Assembly (NCBI GenBank): GCA_030672385.1
Contig: DAOVGN010000066.1
Location: 1-49,316 of the forward strand
From: Deltaproteobacteria bacterium
GTDB lineage: Bacteria; Desulfobacterota; B13-G15; RBG-16-54-18
Length of the DNA: 49,316 nt
Direction of reading: 5' to 3'
A program made the position numbers and the translations under genes. The notes beneath the pieces are model-generated. The model did no database searches. It worked only from the letters and a program-made list of their open reading frames with translations, and had not been told where the DNA came from. Position 1 is the first letter of the stretch. Each line of letters starts with the position of its first letter. Positions 38,250 through 45,300 of the stretch are shown piece by piece.

Positions 38250-38678
38250 CTATTTGGAGGCAAAAATCCCTCTAAATTTCTCTGGAACTTCGACGACTCT
38301 CTTTCTTTCATAGTCGTAGAAGACGATTCCCGTCTTCGCTCGGACAACCTCTTTGCCTGTCTCTTTATTTGTAATTCTATAAAGAATATCACAGCCATAC
38401 CTGCTGAAGTCATCAGCAGCAACTTCAATCCTCAAGATCTCACCATAGAAAGCCTCTGATTTATAGAGAACGACTGAATCAACCATGATTAGACCAAAGC
38501 CATCAATATTTAACTCGGTAAAACCATATTCATCCAAAAATCTCACGCGAGCTTCATGGATCAAAGAGAGTATAGAATCATTCCCGAGATGCCCACCATA
38601 ATTAATGTCACTTATACGTACACGAATCTCCGTAGAGAATTCAAACTCTTCCGGTAAGTTCAGTTTAACACGAGCCAT
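38250..38678 (-). CDS. acyl-CoA thioesterase, hotdog fold (YbgC/4HBT-like)
   Basis: 142 aa. F.F...IRVRISDINYGGHLGNDSILSLIHEARVRFL is typical of the 4HBT family. Confidence 0.8.
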   Translation of the reverse strand: MARVKLNLPEEFEFSTEIRVRISDINYGGHLGNDSILSLIHEARVRFLDEYGFTELNIDGFGLIMVDSVVLYKSEAFYGEILRIEVAADDFSRYGCDILYRITNKETGKEVVRAKTGIVFYDYERKRVVEVPEKFRGIFASK

Positions 38679-38714
38679 CGTTCTCTTCCCGTTTGCAAAT
38701 AATGATTTTTGCCT

Positions 38715-38775
38715 CTTATTATCCTATCATTTCATTTTATCATAGTAACCATACTCGGGCAATAAAAAGACCCCT
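38715..38775. repeat. copy B of the direct repeat (carries a 13-nt insertion)
   Basis: CTTATTATCCTATCATTTCA, then the insertion ttttatcatagta, then ACCATACTCGGGCAATAAAAAGACCCCT. Confidence 0.7.
38734..38762 (-). promoter_or_regulatory. sigma70-like promoter for the thioesterase gene, embedded in repeat copy B
   Basis: On the minus strand: TTGCCC (38762-38757), a 17-nt spacer, then TAAAAT (38739-38734). The -10 element lies in the 13-nt insertion that copy A lacks. Confidence 0.4.
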
Positions 38776-38878
38776 ACCATACACCCTTGCAAGGCGCATT
38801 GACTTAATAGAGATTGGATGTTACCGTGAGAAGTGGCACTATTATGGTGAAAAAGGTTGTTACATTAAGGAGTGATCC

Positions 38879-39262
38879 ATGGTGAAGCTCATGAGCTTTG
38901 AAGAAACGATAAAGAGATACGAAGAAGGGGAAAATGCCTTTGACCTCGCCATAGAAAAGTGGGTGCGGATAAAGGAAGCGATTCAATCTGCCTACAACAT
39001 ACAGCACTTCATCCTGATAGTACGAGGCGCATCGATAAAGATCGCCCTGTGCGTTGAGTTCAATGACAACTGCCACTTATGCCCTCTAGAAAAGCTCTGC
39101 AACCGTGAAAAAGAAGGCCTCTTTGGCAAGGTTATGCGCCTCATTCAGGCCTATTGTATAGCTGGAGATATACTCCCTAGATCGACATTATTCAATCTCG
39201 TGGATCAGTTGATCGCAGAATTGGAGAAAACTAAAGAAGAGTTTATGAAGTTAAGACACTAA
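38879..39262 (+). CDS. hypothetical protein (127 aa, Cys motif CHLCPLEKLC)
   Basis: RBS AAGGAG lies 6 nt before the ATG. No recognisable family. The 3' end overlaps the convergent ndk by 20 nt. Confidence 0.55.
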   Translation: MVKLMSFEETIKRYEEGENAFDLAIEKWVRIKEAIQSAYNIQHFILIVRGASIKIALCVEFNDNCHLCPLEKLCNREKEGLFGKVMRLIQAYCIAGDILPRSTLFNLVDQLIAELEKTKEEFMKLRH

Positions 39263-39689
39263 CTCCTCTCAAACCGGAGATCTCCAAGGAGTTGAAAAAG
39301 TAGGAGATCTCGAAGGCCGCCGTCTCTAATGCATCGGAGCCGTGGACCATATTCTCACGATTATTATCAGCATACATGCAGCGAATAGTCCCCTCCTCGG
39401 CCTCCTGGGGATCGGTGGCCCCCATGATCTGGCGGCTCCGCTCGATGACCCCTTCCTCCTCCAGGACCATCACCACGATGGGGTCAGAGGACATAAAAGT
39501 AGTGAGTTTTTCGAAGAATGGTTCGCCCCTGTAGATGGCATAAAAACCTTCTGCCTCTTCCTTGTCAAGATGGACCATCTTCATGGCCACGATCTTTAGA
39601 CCCTCCTGTTCAACCCTGCGGATCACCCCGCCGATGAGCCCCTTGCGCACCCATCGGGCTTTATGATGGGAAAGGGTCCTTTCATTCAC
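39243..39689 (-). CDS. ndk: nucleoside-diphosphate kinase (with an out-of-frame 6-codon patch near the N-terminus)
   Basis: GTG start 7 nt after AGGAGG. Motifs GLKIVAMKM, EPFF, MGATDP, GTIR and catalytic NMVHGSDA. The canonical IIKPDA is replaced by HHKARW. Confidence 0.88.
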   Translation of the reverse strand: MNERTLSHHKARWVRKGLIGGVIRRVEQEGLKIVAMKMVHLDKEEAEGFYAIYRGEPFFEKLTTFMSSDPIVVMVLEEEGVIERSRQIMGATDPQEAEEGTIRCMYADNNRENMVHGSDALETAAFEISYFFNSLEISGLRGVSVLTS

Positions 39690-39707
39690 CTTCTCACCTC
39701 CTGATCG

Positions 39708-40082
39708 TTATCCTGTCTGCCTGGGTAACAAAACGGTGAAGGTAGTTGACTTTCCTTCTTCGCTCTCCACCGATATGGAACCGAGATGGGCCTCTACAAT
39801 GCCCTTGACGATGGAAAGACCTAAACCCGTCCCTACAACCCCCCTGGTCCTCTCTGACTTTACTCGGTAGAATTTGTCAAAGATCATGGGCAGATCTTCC
39901 TTGGGAATACCGATGCCGGTATCCGCCACCACCGTCTTAATGTAGTCTACTTCGGTCCCCACCTCTACCCTCACCTCACCACCTGCGGGTGTATATTTTA
40001 TGCCATTGTTCACAAAGATGATGGAGATAACCTCCACCAGATCGGAATCATCATCTACGATTAAGATCTTCGGAATAATGAT
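39708..40082 (-). pseudogene. chimeric remnant: receiver-domain N-terminus fused to the C-terminal two-thirds of a histidine-kinase ATPase domain
   Basis: AAGGAGG is followed by ATC ATT ATT CCG AAG..., with no ATG/GTG/TTG at the expected start. The frame reads IPKILIVDDDSDLVEVISIIF (REC start), then directly VNNGIKYTPAGGEVRV...DTGIGIP...GTGLGLSIV (N, G1 and G2 boxes). The REC body, DHp domain and H-box are missing. The track ORF starts at internal GTG 40037. Confidence 0.55.
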
Positions 40083-40100
40083 ACCTCCTTCACCTTGTTG

Positions 40101-41024
40101 TTATAGCACGGACCTTGGGAGCAGGCCTGCTGCTTCAACAATCTCCTGCACCTTATGTTCCCATTCAATGGCCATGAGGTGGATGCCAGAAAGCCCCTCT
40201 ATTTCCCTGAGTTCTTGAATTTGTTCGCATGTTATCTTTATGCCCTCAGAGGCAACCTTTTCTTTTCCTGCTCCCTTTAATCGGTCTATAATTTCTTCCG
40301 GGATGATAATCCCACTGACATTAGCAGCCATATAACGGGCCATACCTACAGATTTGAGTGGTGTGATACCAGCTAAGATCTTACATTTTTCATGCAACCC
40401 CATATCTACCACCTGCTTCATAAATTCTTTAAATCGCTTCATATCATAGATACATTGAGTTTGTATAAAGTCAACCCCGGCTTCTATCTTTTTGGCAAGT
40501 CTGTGAACCCTATACTGAAATGGATCGGCAAAGGGGTTAGATGCCGCCCCGATAAACATCTTGAAGTCGCCTTCTATCTCATCTCCACAGATAACCTTAT
40601 GCTCGTCCCTCATGGTTTTGACCATATGGATCATCTGAATGGAGTCTATATCAAAAACATTCTTTGCCTCAGGGTGATTTCCAAATGATTGATGGTCGCC
40701 GGAAAGGCAGAGCATATTTTTGATTCCAAGGGCAGATGCACCAAAGAGATCAGACATTATGGCTAGTCTATTGCGATCCCTGGCTACCATCTGCATGGTC
40801 GGTTCCAGGCCTTCATCGATCAATATCTTGGACGTAGCAATCGATGACATCCTAACAATGGCTGTCTGGTTATCGGTAATGTTGACTGCATCTACATTGC
40901 CCTTGAGCATGGCTGCCTTTTTTTTAACCACTTCTACATCCGTACCCTTTGGAGGCCCCAACTCGCCGGTAATAACAAATTCACCCTTTTCTAACAGCCC
41001 TTCGAGGTTACTTCCAGATTTCAT
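40101..41024 (-). CDS. metF: methylenetetrahydrofolate reductase, acetogen/sulfate-reducer type
   Basis: 307 aa. FVITGELGPPKG, AVNITDNQ and LCLSGDH motifs. 4-nt overlap with metV. Confidence 0.88.
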   Translation of the reverse strand: MKSGSNLEGLLEKGEFVITGELGPPKGTDVEVVKKKAAMLKGNVDAVNITDNQTAIVRMSSIATSKILIDEGLEPTMQMVARDRNRLAIMSDLFGASALGIKNMLCLSGDHQSFGNHPEAKNVFDIDSIQMIHMVKTMRDEHKVICGDEIEGDFKMFIGAASNPFADPFQYRVHRLAKKIEAGVDFIQTQCIYDMKRFKEFMKQVVDMGLHEKCKILAGITPLKSVGMARYMAANVSGIIIPEEIIDRLKGAGKEKVASEGIKITCEQIQELREIEGLSGIHLMAIEWEHKVQEIVEAAGLLPRSVL

Positions 41025-41713
41025 AACCTAAGATCCTCCCTTACCATCCTTCTTGGGCCACCACTGTGACTCGGTCTCCAGTCTTTGTACTTTTCAACTG
41101 GTTTAATTCGTTCCAGTTCCCCCAGAGCCTCGAGCCGTTCGATAATGAGATGCCACGCACAATCAGTATCCTTATTAATCTCGCATTTTCCATTAGACGA
41201 GCCACCGCATGGACCATTAAGGAGGCTTTTAGCGCACCTGGTAATAGGACAGATACCACCTGTCCTTTCCAGGACACAATCTCCACATCCAAGACAGCGT
41301 TCTTCCCACAGGCCAACATCTATATTGGCACCCATAAAGGTAGTGTTTAACCCTGGAATTACTCGTATAGGTTTCTCCGTGATGATGCGGTTAAAATAGT
41401 TACAGGAATGTTGAACTCCTACCCCACAGGCTATGGATAGTACGACATCAGCCTCTTTTACCTTTTCCAGAAACGCCGTATCGGACATAAACTCATCATC
41501 ACACTGGCGAATTACGATTTCGTCATTGACTTCAACCTTTTTCCCCTCATTGCCAAATGCCAGCTTCAACTCCGATGCCAAAATTTCCGCCTCTTTCTCA
41601 CCCCCTGCCTGGCAGATGGCTACACAGGTCTCACAGCCCAAGACCATGATCTTATTATAATCCTTTACCGATTCCTTGATCTCCTCAAAAGGCTTTCTAT
41701 CTGCTATGATCAT
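41021..41713 (-). CDS. metV: MetV, methylene-THF reductase C-terminal-domain (Cys-rich) subunit
   Basis: 230 aa. CLGCGDCVLERTGGICPITRCAKSLLNGPCGGSSNGKCE...CAW is the MTHFR_C-type Cys pattern. Confidence 0.85.
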   Translation of the reverse strand: MIIADRKPFEEIKESVKDYNKIMVLGCETCVAICQAGGEKEAEILASELKLAFGNEGKKVEVNDEIVIRQCDDEFMSDTAFLEKVKEADVVLSIACGVGVQHSCNYFNRIITEKPIRVIPGLNTTFMGANIDVGLWEERCLGCGDCVLERTGGICPITRCAKSLLNGPCGGSSNGKCEINKDTDCAWHLIIERLEALGELERIKPVEKYKDWRPSHSGGPRRMVREDLRL

Positions 41714-41716
41714 AAA

Positions 41717-42160
41717 TTACTCCTTGTCTTTTTCACTCTCTTGCTGGAGGTTGATCCTATATGGATTGGGTCCTAGCTTTTTAGCACGCTCGGTCATCGT
41801 TTTTACCGTTTCTGCAAACATGGGTGCTTCGGAAGCTGCGATATGAAAAAAGTCGAGCCGTTCACTCCCTAACCCGATCTCATCTAACAGCTTCTTGGTA
41901 TATTCAACCCTTTTCAAGGCCCTTAAATTTCCCTCCAGGAAATTACATGTGCCAGGCTCTCATCCCCCTACGAATATGGCGTCTGCCCCCGCCTCAAAGG
42001 CCTTTAAGATGTGGACAATCTCTACCTTGCCCGTACATAGATAGTAGACTATGCGGACATTAGTGGGATACTGAATCCTTCCAACACCTGCTAAATCAGC
42101 AGCACTGTAGGCGCAGTAATTACAGAGCATGGCCACCACTCTCGGTTCATAATCTCCCAT
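41717..42160 (-). CDS. mvhD: MvhD/FlpD-family [2Fe-2S] electron-transfer subunit, predicted selenoprotein (in-frame UGA at 41962-41960)
   Basis: Track ORFs 41960..42160 and 41717..41917 are in the same frame, separated only by TGA plus 14 sense codons. The joined product is ...VAMLCNYCAYSAADLAGVGRIQYPTNVRIV..CTGKV...ILKAFEAGADAIFVGG-U-EPGTCNFLEGN...RLDFFHIAASE. The TGA sits where MvhD proteins have the first Cys of G-C-x4-C-H/N-Y/F-x2-G-N. Confidence 0.8.
41926..41944 (-). promoter_or_regulatory. candidate bacterial SECIS hairpin downstream of the mvhD UGA
   Basis: On the mRNA strand: AAUUUCC, loop UGGAG, GGAAAUU (7 bp). The loop begins 23 nt after the UGA and is G-rich, which fits bacterial SECIS geometry. 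The stem is AU-rich and short. Confidence 0.4.
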
Positions 42161-42179
42161 TTCTCATTCCCCTTCTTGC

Positions 42180-42287
42180 GTTCATTGAGTTTGTTGGGTT
42201 TGCCTGCTTTGTTAAATCCCCTGCAGGGGCGTCGCCAAGGGCGACATTTAACAGAGTGAATGTTAAAATCCTATGAACTCAATGAAC
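42180..42287. repeat. 108-nt nested palindromic element in the hdrL-mvhD intergenic region
   Basis: The outer 12-bp perfect inverted repeat is GTTCATTGAGTT (42180-42191) and AACTCAATGAAC (42276-42287). The inner 7-bp inverted repeat is GTTAAAT (42211-17) and ATTTAAC (42246-52). The inner repeat encloses two hairpins: CCCC-TGCA-GGGG (42218-29) and GTCGCC-AAG-GGCGAC (42231-45). Confidence 0.8.
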
Positions 42288-42306
42288 AAAATAAACACAA
42301 CAAACA

Positions 42307-45300
42307 CTAATATATGGCCATCAATTTAGGAATTATCTGGCTGTCTTTATAATGCCTTACCTGGATTGCATCATTAGGACACATGGAGGCGCAAATACCA
42401 CATCCCTGGCAGGCTCCCGGGTCGATCTTTGCTACTGCATTTTCATAATCGATCTGGGGCACTCCAAAGGGGCATACCCTGATACAGGTCAAACAAATAG
42501 CACAAAGGTCAGGGTCTACCTCAGCAACAGCTCCACCCACCATCATCTCTTTGTGGGAGATAATAGTACATGCCCTGGAGACTGTCGCTTTTGCCTGGGA
42601 AATGGCTTCATCAATGGCTTTTGGTCCATGGGCCAATCCACAAACAAACATCCCCGCGGAAGCAAACTCTACAGGCCTCAGCTTTGCATGGGCCTCCATG
42701 AAGAAGCCATCCTGATTCATAGCCACCTTAAAGAACTCGGAAAATACACTGTTATCATCGCGCGGTACGATAGCCGAAGCCAGGATTATAATATCGGTAT
42801 CTATCTCCACAGGCCTCTTAATTACCTGATCCTTAACAGTCACCCTGAGCCTGCCATCTCTTTTTTCAACCTTTGGTTTGTCTTCGGTATCATAACGGAT
42901 AAACCGAACACCCTTTAATCGTGCCTCTCTGTATAAATCCTCCCTTTCTCCGTAGGTTCTTATATCCCGGTAAAGGATATAGATATCCATATCAGGGTTT
43001 AATTTCTTGAGGGTCAATGCACTATGGATAGAATGGGTGCAACATACCTTGCTGCAATAGGGTCTGTCTGGCTCCCTGGAGCCAACACACTGGATAAAAA
43101 CAGCGGTGTTTGTCTGTTTTAGCTTGTCTGCATTTTGCATAATCTCCTGATCCATATCCAGAGATAGTAAGATATTGGGGTCTTCTCCATAGAGATACTC
43201 TTCAGGCTCATAACTCTCTGCCCCATTGGCAACAATAGCTGCGCCATAACTCACCTCTGTCTCTTTGCCCTGGGCATCAGTCAATTTGCATCTAAAATTT
43301 CCTATAGTGCCATGTACCTCCTTGATCTCGGTCTGCATATGCACATCAATCAGAGGATTTTCAGTAACCTTTTTAACCATCTCTTCAAGATAAGGCTGTA
43401 TCTCTTCATCCTTCCATGTGGTATGTAATCTAAGGGCTTGGCCGCCCAGTTTATCCTCCCTCTCTATCAAATAGGTCTTAAATCCTTGTTCGGCTAATCC
43501 CAAAGCTGCCGTCATCCCGGCCACACCCCCGCCGACTACCAGGGCCTCCTGACAGATTGTCTGGGGGACCTCATAAAGCTGCTCCAGTGTCGCAGCCCTT
43601 GCTACTGCCATACGCACCAAATCCTTGGCCTTTTCCGTAGCCTTCTCAGGCTCACCCATGTGAACCCATGTGCATTGATCCCGGATATTTGCCATCTCAA
43701 AAAGATACTGGTTAAGGCCGGCTTCCCTGCATGTCTCTCTGAATAATACCTCATGTGTTCTTGGTGTACATGAGGCTACCACTATTCTATTAAGAAGCTT
43801 TTCTTGGATGACCTCCTTCATCTTTACCTGTGTATCTTCTGAACACGTGAAGAGATTAGCCTCTGCATATTCCACATGGGGAAGTGTTTTGGCATATTCC
43901 ACGATCGCCGGGACGTCAGCTACGCCACCTATGTTTATACCGCAATGGCAGATAAAGACACCAATCCTTATAGGCTCTTTACTGACATCCCGTTCAGGCG
44001 GATACTCCTTTGTTTTGATCCTGGTTCCCCTTGCTTCTGCAAGGGCAGAGGTAGCCGAGGCCGCAGCAGCACTGGCCTGGGCAACTGTGTCGGGTATATC
44101 CTTGGGGGCCTCAAATACACCACATGTATAGACCCCCTGCCTTGATGTCGTAACCGGTTCAAAACTACTGGTGTCCACGAAATTGTAATGGTCCAAGTCA
44201 ATACCGATTTTTTTAGCCAAATCAAGGGATCCCTGAGAAATATCAAGCCCTATAGATAAAACTACTATGTCAAAGTCTTCTTGAACCAGTCTTCCAGCCT
44301 CATCTGTATATCTAATTTTGAGGTTTCCAGGCTCGTCACCTGGCAATACATTGTTTATCTTCGACTTTATAAAACGAATCCCTACTTCATCCTTGGCCCT
44401 GTTATAATATCTCTCAAACTCCTTACCATATGTGCGTATATCTATGTAAAAAATAGCTGTATCTAATGGTTCAGGAGAGTGTTCCTTGGCTATCATGGCC
44501 TGCTTTATGGCATAGGTGCAACAGACGCCAGAACAATAACCTTTATCTCCAACTTGAGTATTCCTTGAACCCACACATTGTATCCATGCAATTTTTTTTG
44601 GTTCCTTGTGGTCCGCCGGTCTAACCAGATGACCTTCAAAAGGTCCGGATGCGCTCAAGATTCGTTCAAATTCCAGACTGGTTAAAATGTTTGGATTTTC
44701 AGAATAGCCGTATGTGTCATGATGCCCTGGATCAAATGGGGTAAAACCGGGAGCAAGTATAATGGATCCCACATCTATGGTGTGTTCCTGCGGGATCATG
44801 GTATGATCTATTGCGCCGGCCAGGCAGGCAGAGATACACTGATAACATTCAGAGCAGATCCCACATTTCAGGCAGCGTTGGACCTCGGCCCTTGCCTCCC
44901 CTTCTGTAAACCCCAGAGCTATTTCCTTGAAGCTGCCCTCTCGCTCCTCAAGGGATATCTTCCGCATGGGAGTCCTGGGCAGATGGGGTTCCCCTTCTAT
45001 ATCGGGCTTTTCATAGGACCAATCCTGCTCTCTTCCCTCCTTGAGATCCATGCCGTTCAGATATCGTTGGATGCTCTCAGCCGCCTCTTTCCCACAGGCA
45101 ACAGCCTCAACCACAGACTTTGGCCCATAAAAGGCATCCCCACCTGCAAAGACCCATTCTATTTCTGTCTGAAACGTAACAGGGTCAGCCTCTAAACCTC
45201 TTTTAAATGAGATACCCTCTTTTTCAGCAAAAGAGAGATCAGCGCCCTGTCCGATTGCAACAATTACTGTATCAGCATCCATACTGCTCAAGTCTGTCTC

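Noticed and set aside
38133-38459. 108-aa plus-strand ORF, and the 60-aa ORF at 38693-38875
   Set aside because: The first overlaps the thioesterase gene in antisense. The second lies over the repeat/promoter region and has no RBS. Both are probably spurious.
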